The position numbers and the translations under genes were made by a program. Positions 25,617 through 37,396 of a stretch of DNA of 64,000 bases are shown one piece after another. Each line of letters starts with the position of its first letter. The first letter of the stretch is position 1. The notes under the pieces were generated by a model, which saw only the letters and a list, made by a program, of their open reading frames with translations, made no database searches and was not told the DNA's origin. Source of the stretch: Vitrella brassicaformis CCMP3155 (taxonomy: Eukaryota; Protista; Chromerida); contig CDMY01000929.1 in the NCBI GenBank assembly GCA_001179505.1, forward strand, positions 124,001 to 188,000, read 5' to 3'.

Positions 25617-26326
25617 CGAGTAGGAGGGATGAATGGCGAGGGAAAGGGGTGCGAAGAAGGGCACGGGAGATCTGCCAGCTGTTAGAGTTAGAGCAGAGAT
25701 CGGGTAAAAAGGGGTGTCTATGAGACATGGGTTTGTGATGCTTGTGGACCCGTCGCCGAGGGCTGTTGACACCCCGCTGCGCATGCCCCTGTCAAGCATG
25801 ATGGAGATCTCAACTTCCAGCAGGCGGCAGTGCGGACTTCTAGCGAGGGAGAGTCAATCACACAGCGACCGCAGCGTTGCCACACCGTCATCCTCACGAA
25901 TCCGTGCCTGTGTGGTGGCGCAAACTGATGCCTGCTCACTCCCCCACCACAATGCATATGGCCCTCTCTACGGTTAACGCTTACTCACGTGAACACACAG
26001 GGCACACGCGTCCTCCCACATAGCACAAGGTGATGAACAAATTGATTGCGTGCAACACACTCTGGACGATCCGCCCAGCCCGAAATGAAAAACTGATGGA
26101 AAGAAAAAAGCCGCCGCCCGCGTTCGAAAAAGCAAACGCAGAACGGCGCAGGGCAGCAACCAATCCACGTCACATGCACATCACCACATCGCTATGACAC
26201 ACGTACACCCGGCAGGCAGGCAGTACACCGCAGCAATAGAGGTCAGGTCAGCCGATCGAGGGGAAAAACGCCCTCGCGAGTCAGTCAGTCACACGATGGA
26301 TGTAGCAGTGCATGTAGGGACATGAA

Positions 26327-28154
26327 TCACGACGCAAGAAGGGGCTCATTCTTGTCATCTGTGCCGATCGGCACCACCACGCTCTTGGCCATCCCTCCAG
26401 TGCCCGGCGCCTCCACGAACCCCTCGGGCAGAGCTGGCTCGGGTGTTTCCCAGTGCATGTCGTCCAGGAATAGCTTGGAGGGCGGCACGGCGTCGGCCTT
26501 GAGCACCAGCAGCCCCGTGATGAGGCCGGCTGTGATGGCCACACCGAGCATGACGACGATACCCAGGAGCTGCGTGACGGCCTGCACACACACAGATAGA
26601 GCAAAATCGAGCAAGATGGGATTTGCTGTAACTGTATGTGAGCGCACTGTATGTGGGTACCGATGGAGTGTCTGACGTCAGTGAAGCGACGATGACCGAG
26701 ATGACGGCCCCGAGCAGTGCCGGCATGCCGTGAAGGTTGTGGACACCACACGTGTCATGCAGCCCCAAGTAGCGCTCCATTGCAGGCTGCGATATAAGAA
26801 AGGGCCCATCCTGTGGGATTCTTCCCATATATACGTCCTACCTACCGAGATGAATGCGATGCCGACGACGGAGAGGATCCCCGCCAAGGAGCCGACGACC
26901 ATGGCCCCCCACGGATGGATGGGAAAGTTGGCCACGATGCCCACGGCAACACCTACAAGCACACCGAACAGAAGAATACAGCATGGAAACCCCGCTTCCC
27001 CCTTCGCCCTTTTCCCTCCTCTCCTCTCACCGCCTGCCAATGTCGCATTCTGCACGTCCACCATGCTGAGCTTCTTCATTTCCTTCTCAGGCCGAATGCT
27101 CATCGACACTGCCATCGCCGTCAGACACGAACTCGCAATTGCCAGGACGGTGTGAAGGATACACATCTCGCGAGCAGCCCCGTGGACAGGGATGGCCACA
27201 AAGGATGGCCAGAAGATCCACAGGAAGACCGACCCGATCATGGCGAACAGGTCGGAGAAATACGACGACGCGTTGTCGGGCTGCTCGGCCAGCACCTCCC
27301 TGGGAGAGAGAATGGCAGACGCGGCAAGACCTGAACGACGACAGACAGACAGACAGACAGACGACATGAAAAACATGCATGAAACGCACTGGAGCGTCTC
27401 TGGCAGCGTACCGAAATAGCAGCCGAACGCGTGGATGCCAAGGGATCCACCAACATCGCTGACGCCCAGTAGGTCCAGCAGGCGGAGATTGACGGCATAC
27501 GCGACACACTCGAACAGCGTCAGGAACATGAGCTGCAGCGGGCCTGTCTTGCCGAGAAGGGCGCCGAAAGAGATCAGAACTGCGGCGGCCGCGAAGTCGC
27601 CTGTTCTTTATACAGATCTGTGTACACTGATGTACCCCGACGCCAAGCACCCGGCCATACCTTGCACGAGCTGCTGCACCGATATGACGACTTTCGTGGG
27701 GAAGGACGCCTCGTCGGATGCTGACGGGATCAGCTGCTTGGAGTACCCAACCACCAGCATCGCCCACTCTGCAGGACAGGCATGACGGGAGAACGATGCA
27801 TCCGACACTTCCTCTCTGTGCTCCCCACTTACCGATGGCCAGCGCAGCGATCATGTAATTGAAGCCCACGGCAGAGAAGCCATAGCGACGGAGAAAGGCC
27901 ATCAAGAAGCCTGCATGAGCCACCGTGCAATGCACATCGCCCGCCTCATGACATTGTAAGTGCGCCAACCTACCAAATCCGATGAAGATCATAACATGCA
28001 CGTCCTGGTATAGTGCATAGTCGTCTGTGAGGTGCGTGTCCGGCTTGGTCTTCAGCGTGGTTGTGCTGCCAACAGCGTAGAGGGCGATGAGCGCTCCCTG
28101 GATGATCAAGAAGGCAAGCGTGAAGCGGTACGAGCGACCAATGGAAGCACTCAT
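26327..28154 (-). CDS. Rh-type (Rhesus/Rh50) ammonium/gas channel of the Amt/MEP/Rh superfamily
   Basis: Rh signatures [83 protein letters not shown] and [12 protein letters not shown]. The twin His residues are retained. Confidence 0.93.
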
Positions 28155-28598
28155 CGCAGCTGCCCCTGCAGCCCCAGGGCCTGACAACGTCAGCAAAGCA
28201 CCCCACGCGTCGGCACGTGCGCACAAGAGTGGATGATGCGCATCGATGGCTGGTGGGTGGAGTGTGCTTACCTGTGGATAGATCTACGTAAGCAACGACC
28301 TTACAATCAACAGGGGCTTGAAGCAGGATGCATCGAATTGGCTTAGCTCGCATGTAGCTGCGGATCTTTCTCCCGTCGTTTTCGCCAGTTCCGGAGTCAT
28401 CCAAGCGGCCAGTGGTCAGCCACAGAGAATCATCTTTGAGTTTCAGCATTCTCATCCATTCTCATCACCTGTCATCCATCTTTCCCTTTGGCCAGCCTCT
28501 CAGCAGGCCAGGAGCGTCATCTCTTGAGAGTCCGCAGCCCGTTCTGGTCAGCCAGCGGATCTTTGAAGAGTCCACCATCACAACTTCATCGCAACCCG

Positions 28599-30919
28599 AT
28601 GAACATTGGTGGCCAACCGTCTGTTACCGGTCCGCCATCTTCATTCAGCCTTCTTCGCCTCATGATATCGGTATCGCTGCTCTTCACTGTCCTGACCAAC
28701 GTCATTCTCTTCTGCTGGCACACCACGTGGGTGCAGACGCTGCACAACATAACCGACTCCCACAACCTGGAGTTTCTGCGCCGGACCAATCTGAAGGGCT
28801 GGACCAACTTACAGACCAAAAGTCGCCCTGTCAGCCGCCCAACGCCTCCCCTCCCCGCCACTGCATCCCTCAACACCACCGGCGATACGAGGGCAGTAGC
28901 ACCTATTCCATCGTCTGCCAATCTGTCGGCCGCCCAGGTCCCTTCTGGCTCTGGGACATCGGCAAAGGCCGCCGACCTGCCGCCTTTGAGGATTGCATCG
29001 TCACACGAGGAGACCGACAGACGAGCCGAACTGGCCCATCAGCGGGCTATCGACCAAGAGAAAGAGCGGGAAAAGCAGAGACAGGAGGAATGGGCACGAG
29101 AGAGAGAGAAAGCGACGGAGATGAAAAAAAAGCGAGAAAAGGTGATGGAGAGGAACAGAGAAAAAGACGACATAGACGAGAGGCAGCGGTCAGAGGTGCC
29201 CCTACCAACGGACAAGCTTCTGGTCAACGCGACGGAGACAGACGACTACATTTCGATCGAGGGCCTCTTCGGCTCTCTCTCGCTGCTCAAGCGTGAGATC
29301 ACGCCCACGTGGGTGCAAGAGTTCTACCGTTCAGAGGCCTTCTACAAGGTCAATCGCAACAGACGAAAGAGAGCCCCTCAGCCAAGAGAGGAGGGTCGGC
29401 TGTACATGGTGACTGCCTGCGACAAGTATCAGTACGAAGGCCTCATGGCGCTCATCACCTCCATCTATCGCAACACAAAGGTGGGAAGGAGTGGCAGCTC
29501 CCTCTTGGCTATGGGCTACCCAAGTATGCTCTCCCTTTTCGGCCTGTGTGTGTACTATCAGCATCACGACCGTCTGACGCTGTATGTGTTTGTTGAGCGT
29601 GACGACCCTCCCTGTCTGCGGGAGACCGTGGCGTGTCTCGGGTATGAGAAAGAGCATCCAGACTTCAAAGTGGAGATCTTGCCCGTCACCCCATCGCAAG
29701 TGCGCGTCGCCAAAGGCAAACACAACCAGGTAAGTGCGTGAACAATGCAAACAGGCATCCGCTGAATCGCTTAAAAGCGGACGGAGTTGAACACTTGCTG
29801 TCAGGTGTTGTTCAACTCCGTCCGCTTTTATTTGCCGGAGCTGCTACCATCGCACGTGCACAAGGTGCTGTGGATTGACGCAGACACCATAGTGAGAGAT
29901 GATATCGCATTCCTGATCGACGGGGCCATACAGCGGGCTGTCCACAACGAGGAGCTCACCATCACGCCCACCTCAATCAACACGACCCTCAATGCCAACA
30001 GCCAGAGGAGGCAGCTCGTCCCAGACGACACTGAGGGCGCCACAGCCGCCAGCATGAGCGACCCCATCATCCCAAAGCACTGGAAGGAGTTTCCCATGAT
30101 CTCGGTCATTCGGAGGGGCGCCTACAAATCGCTGGCGGACCTGGTGCTGCCCGAGCAGGTGGAAATGCTCGACAGGGGGCTGGGGGTGCATGTCGGGCTC
30201 AAAATGTTCAACGCCGGCATCTTCGTGGCTGACTTGGAGGCGTGGCGCCAAAACAGGATAACGGAGGAAGCGGAGATGGTCATCCACTTCCTCCGTGCCA
30301 GCAATGTCACCAAATTCTCGGGCATGTCGACGGTCGAGTCGAGCCAGCTGACGCTCAACATCCTGTTCCACAAACGCGTTAAAGAGCACTTGGAGGAGCT
30401 GTGGAACGTCCTCTACCTCGGCCGGAACAAACCTATCCCCGACGCCCTTTTGCGCAGCTCCCGCATCTTGCACTGGAACGGCAGACGGAAGCCCTGGTTT
30501 GCCTTCGGCTCCTTCAGAGAGTACTGGACGCCGTACAGAGTGGACGACTGCCACGCATGCCCCCTCTGGAGGTAGAACAGGACCAAAGAAGGAAGGAGAC
30601 ACGACACATGTGCTTTGTCGATCTTTCTCTCCGCTGGCCGTGTGTCGTGTCCAGGTGTGCTGACCAGATGTGTGCGCTGCACGAGCAAGTAGAGGAGCTG
30701 CATGAGATCTTTGAGTCTCAGCAGTCGCGGATGCTGCACTGGGGCCACCGCACCAACAATGTCGTGTTCATGCTCGAGGGGCTGCTCAAAGACTACGTGA
30801 AAGAGCAAGAGGAGAGAAGAAAAGCCGAGATGGCGGCAAGCAGCACACAGAGACCAACGGAGGGCGCGAGGGCGGCAGCCACAAACGGCCCGTCCTCTGA
30901 GCCGCTTCTGACTGCGTGA
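28599..30919 (+). CDS. Glycosyltransferase family 8 (GLT8D/GATL-like), type II membrane protein with a C-terminal coiled coil
   Basis: N-terminal TM, LMALITSIYRNT, RFYLPELLP..HKVLWIDADTIV (DxD), FNAGIFVADLEAWR, SQLTLNILF, WNVLYLG and ILHWNGRRKPW. Confidence 0.88.
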
Positions 30920-31718
30920 CAGGCTACCTTTATTGGGGTTTGCGTGGCCACCTGGCGGATGTGTGTACAAAGCGTGTCTTTGTACAGCGATGCGTATACC
31001 TTTGTCCTCGTCAATTGACCGATCGTGTGCATGCATATGTGATTTGTAAAGCCTTCGAGACGATCGGATTACACATCATACATACATACATACGTATATG
31101 CATACATCCGTATGCCACCCACAACACGGCACGACCAACCAGATATTAATTCTCTCTCGTGTGCACGGTGCGTACGTTGGTCTGTCTGTCTGTCTGTCGT
31201 GTGAACCGGATGACTGAGAATGAAGACATTTGGCACCATGTGGTATCGATCGTCGATGCTCCAGGAATATTATGGTCAGGTGTTCGTGTCATCACATGCG
31301 AACATGGCACAGGAAGCTCAGTCCTCCGCCCGTCCGCGCGGATTGATGAACGGAACGGTCACCTCCCACCACAGCTCTATTGCTAGAGGCTGTGGCGGTG
31401 CCTAACCATTCCATTCGACAATCCGCACGTACGAGGAATTTTGCTTCCGAGAACTTGTGCACGCACGTCGTGTTTGCTTCAAACCATCATGCAGCAAATC
31501 ACGTCATGTACGGTGACTGCACTCCTCTCTCTCTGTGTACACTTCTGCACAACGCGCCGGCTGAGCCGGCAAACAAATCGACACACATGGAATTCATGAA
31601 CAGAAGACTCAGCCCCCCAGCCCATCAAGACAATTGGTCAGTCAGCATCCAAAAGTCAAGTCAGACGCCGTCCAAAGGCAAAATGCAAAACTCTCCCCAC
31701 ATCTCTCCTTTATCCCCC

Positions 31719-32945
31719 TCACGCACCCGGCTTGCTGTCCGTATCATTCGCCGCACCAGAGGGCGCTCCTTCACCGGCACCAGGCGTAGGTGGCTCAGAC
31801 AGACGCAGACGCTTCACACGAGCACTGCATTGAGGACACCAGACACGCACATAGAGGGAACAATATGAGTGCAGTCTGGATGGATGGATATGTGTGTTGT
31901 GTGTCGTCGTACTGACCCATTTTCGTCATGGTCGGTCTGTGTGGTCGCGAAGGGCTCCCTCGTGTCCTTGGGAGCATCAGATGAGTCCACCTTGACAGGC
32001 GAGCTAACGTCGACGTCGTCACTCTGACCGATCTCGCGAGTGCCCGGCACGCACACCTTGTCGAAGAACTGCTGCACAACTGTCAGCACCTCACTGCGAT
32101 GGCTCTCGGGGTCGACCTTGCTGCCTGTCAGATCTGATCAGACACGCAAAGATGCAGCACGTCAGAGTGTGTGTATCAACAGCTGCGCGGTGGCGTCTTG
32201 CAGTGACTCACACACCTGCCTGGACGCCGATCAGAAACAGCTTGCCGCTAATCATCATGGGCGACATGTGGAGTAGGTTCCAGAAGGTGGTGCCGTCCGA
32301 CCGTTTGTTCCACACCTTGGTGACCAGGTCCTCCACCTTGAGCTTGTCCTCTGACGCCTTGACCTCGTTGATCCACCGCCGGATCCGCTGAATCGTTGGC
32401 CGATCTGTGTCCTCACACTGCATGACTGAACACAACACACCCACAAGGGCAGGCGAACCAATGCACAGAGGTCTCGCTGGGCTGTGTGCTCGTGTTTGTC
32501 CTACAGCGGCAGTTTCTTCCGAGAATGTCGGCCATGGGGAAACCAAAGAGCGAAGCCACGCCCTGGCTGGCAGCGACGATGGGCTCGTCAGGCAGCGAAG
32601 GGTCACACACCACGGTCGAAAACTGCAGCCCGCTGACGCCGCCACTGGCGTCTTGCAGGACCGATCTGACGTCCACGGCGTCATCCTTGAGCGTGTTCTT
32701 CATCTTGCGCTCGGAAATCCTGGCAAGCGCATCAATTCTCCTCGCCACCTCACCATCTTCGACCACCTTGACCATTTCATCGCGCAGCGCCGTCGGGTCT
32801 GCACACCCGCCACAGCCACAGAGGAATATGTGACAGATATATGTGTCCGAGAAATCCGAATGACTCCACCTCCGATTTGCCTGACGTCGAACTCATCAGC
32901 TTGGAGCCGGACTCGCTTACGCGACTGCCGCTTGAAGCCACTCAT
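31719..32945 (-). CDS. Stand-alone LOV-domain (PAS) blue-light sensor, 291 aa, 5 exons (alternative ATG at 32966)
   Basis: Exons are 32945-32870, 32798-32505, 32425-32216, 32133-31913 and 31793-31719, all phase-consistent. The peptide reads VVCDPSLPDEPIVAAS...ILGRNCRFMQCEDTD...RIRR...WNKRSDGTTFWNLLHMSP...FLIGVQADLT. Confidence 0.9.
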
Positions 32946-33201
32946 GCTCGCACACCCTTCCTGCATCTTTTTTTCTGCAACAGTCAAGCGCTGGCTAAGC
33001 TCGCAGACGCCCCGAGCTCCGTGAAATCGCTCTCTCTATCTGGACTGCCGGGAGAGGAAAACGCGCGGTACAAACCGAACGCCTACAAACGCCCTCGTGG
33101 CCTCTGCCCTCAGATCTCCTGATTCAACTCGGATCTCCAACTCGCGAGCACACGTCCCACTGCGCGCTCTGCAGCGTGGCTGGCAGTTGGCTGCGAGCGC
33201 C

Positions 33202-34606
33202 ATGGATCAGTTCTTCAAGACCAAACTGTGCCCCTGGTACACGAGCNNNNNNNNNNNNNNNNNNNNNNNNNNNNNNNNNNNNNNNNNNNNNNNNNNNNNN
33301 NNNNNNNNNNNNNNNNNNNNNNNNNNNNNNNNNNNNNNNNNNNNNNNNNNNNNNNNNNNNNNNNNNNNNNNNNNNNNNNNNNNNNNNNNNNNNNNNNNNN
33401 NNNNNNNNNNNNNNNNNNNNNNNNNNNNNNNNNNNNNNNNNNNNNNNNNNNNNNNNNNNNNNNNNNNNNNNNNNNNNNNNNNNNNNNNNNNNNNNNNNNN
33501 NNNNNNNNNNNNNNNNNNNNNNNNNNNNNNNNNNNNNNNNNNNNNNGGGGATGCGTGTGTACGAAACGGAGCAACGGCTCGGCATCTCCCTCTGCTGCTG
33601 TGGTGGTGGCAGGCACGTGCCTGAAGGGCTTCTACTGCACTTACGCGCACTCGCCAGAGGAGCTGAGGCCTGCCAAGAACCTGACCAAAACGAAACTGTG
33701 CCAACTGTGGCGCAAGGGCGCCTGCACACAAGGAGCTTTGTGCAACTATGCCCACGGGAGGAACGAGCTGCGATGCACTGGTGGGCGCAGAAAGAAGCAC
33801 AGGCGGAGGCTGCGTATGGGTATGCCGTCACGGGTGGGTGTGTGCCTTCTGTCTGTGTCAGACGACTACTACAAGACTCGTCTCTGTCGCTTCTGGCAGC
33901 GTGGCGAGTGCCTGGCCGGACAACAGTGCAGGTACACAAGGCGCCCACATGCGACATGTCACGCCGGCACGGGCCCATTCTGATGTGTGATTGTTGCTGC
34001 AGGCATGCGCACGGCTTGGAGGAGCTGCAGCCGCGCAAGTACCGGTTGACGGAGCGGGAGAAGACCAAAGCCAAGGCCCGCAAACATGCGCGATTCCTGG
34101 AGACCAGCGGCCCTCAGCAGGTCATCTACCTGCCGTCGGATCACACGCCCGACCTCTCGACGCCCTCCCCCTCCCCTCCTCCCTACGACTTCCACGCCCC
34201 CACCGTGCTGAAGCTGCCGGCCATGGTGCTGCCGATGCGCGGCAACGGGCACAGCCAGAGCAACGCCATGATGGGTGTGCAGCCCGACACGCCCCTGCCC
34301 ATGTCCTTCCACGAGTGGGGACAGTCGACCGCATCGGCGGATGAGGGCAAGACCCACTCGACGCCCTCACTCTCGTCCATGCCGTCGCCCTTCTCGTCGC
34401 CTCTAGGGCCGTCTGCTGCTGCTGCTGCCGAGAGTGCTGCTGGGGCTGTCGGTGGTCATGTTGGTGTGAGGGCCGCTGTCGATGAGAGTCTGTGTGTGCG
34501 TGACAAGAGCCACCACGTGCGAAAGACCACGGTAGACTTTGAGAGCGACTTGGCCTTCATAGCCAAGTCGACAGCTGCTCTGCTCAATCTCGATGACCAC
34601 CTGTAG
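33202..34606 (+). CDS. Tandem CCCH (C-x8-C-x5-C-x3-H) zinc-finger RNA-binding protein, at least 3 fingers; interrupted by an assembly gap
   Basis: FKTKLCPWY..., TCLKGFYCTYAHSPEELR, KTKLCQLWRKGACTQGALCNYAHGRNELR and [30 protein letters not shown], followed by a Pro/Ser-rich tail. Confidence 0.9.
33247..33546. other. Assembly gap (300 N)
   Basis: A run of N in the sequence. Confidence 1.
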
Positions 34607-34619
34607 ATAGAAGCCCGGC

Positions 34620-36300
34620 CCGGCCAGGCCATCTCATCTGGTGGGGGGGGTGCGTATCCGATGGGGCGGTAGTGTAGGAAAAGGCAGGCAGAAAGGCAGG
34701 TCGGTTGATGGCTGCACCGATGGATGGATGGATGGATGTGTGCGTGGTGTGTCTGTTTGAATTCACACACACGTGCAGTGAGTGCATGGTACACACAATT
34801 TTGCCGACGTGCTGGGGCTGCACGCATTCGACACCGAGATGCGACGGATGAGAGGAGAGACGATGAAGGAAGGAAGCCCTTCCAACCTTACCTTCTTATG
34901 CTGTCGTTGTGAAGAGAGAGGTCCGTGCGTGCGTGTGCTCTTGTGTGTACGTTACGTTCCTGCTGTGTGTGTGTGCGGCTTGATCGAGTGTCTCTCTGTG
35001 TGTCTGTGTCTGTGTCCGTGTGTGTCTGTGCCCGTGTGTGCGTGTGTGTGTGGAATGTCCCTAATTGATATGGTGCACCATCAGACCAAAAGTGCCGATC
35101 GATCTGCCTTCCTCCTGCTCACTCTAACTAACGCTCCTGTTTTGTCAAGTGACCTTCGTGTGCCTGTCTGTCCCTGTGTGTGTACTATGTGGGTGTGTGC
35201 AGATGGTGTGTGTAAGGTAGCTAGGTAGGTAGGTAGGTACCGAGCGGATGGACAGTGCGTCCATCCATCCATCCATCCGTCCATCTGCGTCGCCCTGTAG
35301 GCCTCTCTCTCTCTCTCTCTCTCTTCATACTTGCATCCCTACTACTGCTCTGTCTGTCTTTCTAATGTATGTGGATCGATCGATCGACCGATCGATCGGT
35401 GCGATGGGAGAGAGACCTGGATATACCTATAGCGTAGCTTCCTTCCCTCCCTCCCTCCCTTCGTGCCTTGCTTGTCTCCTGTGTAGCATAGCTGCCCGTC
35501 GTCTTTGTGCTTTCTTTTTTCAGTCCATAGCGCTCATGTCCGTTCATCGAAATGTGAAGCAATCAATCGCTGGGGGGGACAGAATGAGAGGGGCAGAAAC
35601 GGGCACTTTGTGTCTGTCTGTGTGTCGCTCATCCGTGTGTGTATGTGTGCGTGCTGTGCTGCGTACCATACGTGTTGGTTGTGCCCAAGTTTTTCCGTTG
35701 ACACGGCCGGATTCGCGCATTCCTTTTTGAATCGATGGATGCGGAGGTTTGTTTGCCATCAACACGACAGACAGACATGTTTCGCCACGCCCCCCGCCTC
35801 GATGCGATCCATCTTCATAATTTTTGCTTTTCCTGTCGTGCGCGTTTATGCACGCAGCAAAGAGCCCCTCTCAGAGGGCCGTGTGTGTGTGTGTGTGTCT
35901 GTGAGTGTGTGTAAGAGGGAGAGAGAGCGACAGAGGAGAGGAGTGAAGAGACCCACCACAATACAACACACCACACATGGCTTTCAACACGACTAGACAA
36001 GTTTTGCTGCGTGCATGGCTGTCTGTCTGTCTGTCTGTATGGCCGTCGTTTGACTGAGTCTCTTTTTCTCTATCCTTGTGCTAACTCATCCATCCATCCA
36101 TCAGCATCGCATGCGGGCCCGCATCTTCATGCCTACACACACTACACACACATACCACTGGTGGCTGTGCTGTTATGAGTGAGTGCGTGCATGCGTGTGT
36201 GCGTGCGTGTCCACTGCTCACTTTGAAAGCGAAATGAGGGGACGAAAGGGGAGAAAGAGAGCGGAATAGTGGGAGACAAAAGTATGCGTGCATCTGCGTG
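34620..36300. repeat. Microsatellite-rich non-coding tract: (GATG)n, (GT)n, (GGTA)n, (CT)n, (GATC)n, (CTGT)n
   Basis: Directly visible simple repeats. No phase-consistent coding signal was found. Confidence 0.75.
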
Positions 36301-37396
36301 GCCAGCGACCTTCAGAATGATGATGCTCTCTGGCCATGCCGTGCGGGCGAAGGGATGGGATGGGATGGAGGACCGTTCATTTTTTGCCCACTCTTTGGTC
36401 AGTCGGTCGGTTGGTTAGCGTAATACCATACAGTGGGCTCTGACTTTTTTTTCTGGGCCACAAACATAACATTCTACTATGATTTTTGCTCTCTGCCGCA
36501 AGGCAGCCAGGCTACCTACCTGGGCAGGCAGAACAGGAGAGACACGAGAGCCGTCGCATTGTTGGTGATTGGTGGATCAATCAATAAATCGGGCAAGTTT
36601 CTGTATGTTTGTATCGTATCGGATGTGAGAGCGTGTGGGCAGTACAGTCACCTGTGTCATTCATTCTGACTGACACGCTGTGGTTGTACGCCGTCTGGAA
36701 AGTAGCAAGCGTTGCCACACGGAGAGAGTGGACACGCCCCGGGGGTGGTCACGGGGCGGGGCGCAAGAGAGTTGAGTTGTTGGTTCGTGGGTTTTGTTTG
36801 CTCCTCTAGCTTGCTTGCCTGGATCAGTTCTTCCTCTATCTGTCCGGTGACTGCCTTGCCATTGTCCGCGCCGTAATGCCGTCTACTGCTCTTCTCTGCA
36901 GCAAGAGCGGCATTGGTGCGGGCAATGGCATGCGGTGACTTGGCACTGAGAGAAGGACGCGGCTAATGGGACGGGGAGAGAGGACGTGTGTAATTCGGTC
37001 ACTGTGAATGGTATGTGCGTGATGGGATGGATGGATCTTCGCGTAAAGGCTCATATCGAGCCGAACGGACCATCATTGAACAAAATAAGTAAGCCACAGC
37101 AGCTGGAACGCCATCAACACCCACATAAAGACGATCCATCGGCCCATGCACATTACAAAGATAATCAACAGTGAGCTCAGCAAGCCAGCAACGTCACCAT
37201 CTGCAGCAGCAGCAGCCAGAGGCACCCTATGGACAGCACCTGGCCGGCTTCCTGCATTCAATGCACACAAGAAACCAATGGCCATGCAGTCTGGTGAACG
37301 CCATGCTTACACGGCCGAATCCTCGCTTCAGCAACATCGGTAGCATCTAGTTCGTCGCTTGTTTGTCCTTGGGCGGGCAGCCCCAGAGGTGTCAGA

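Noticed and set aside
33097-34606. Several long ORFs spanning the N run
   Set aside because: They are artefacts of translating through 300 Ns.
35370-35405. GATC-rich self-complementary stretch
   Set aside because: It is a low-complexity (GATC)n microsatellite, palindromic by construction.
36400-37390. Short ORFs on both strands downstream of the archaemetzincin gene
   Set aside because: No phase-consistent multi-exon model or motif was found. This is probably UTR or intergenic sequence, though a small gene cannot be excluded.
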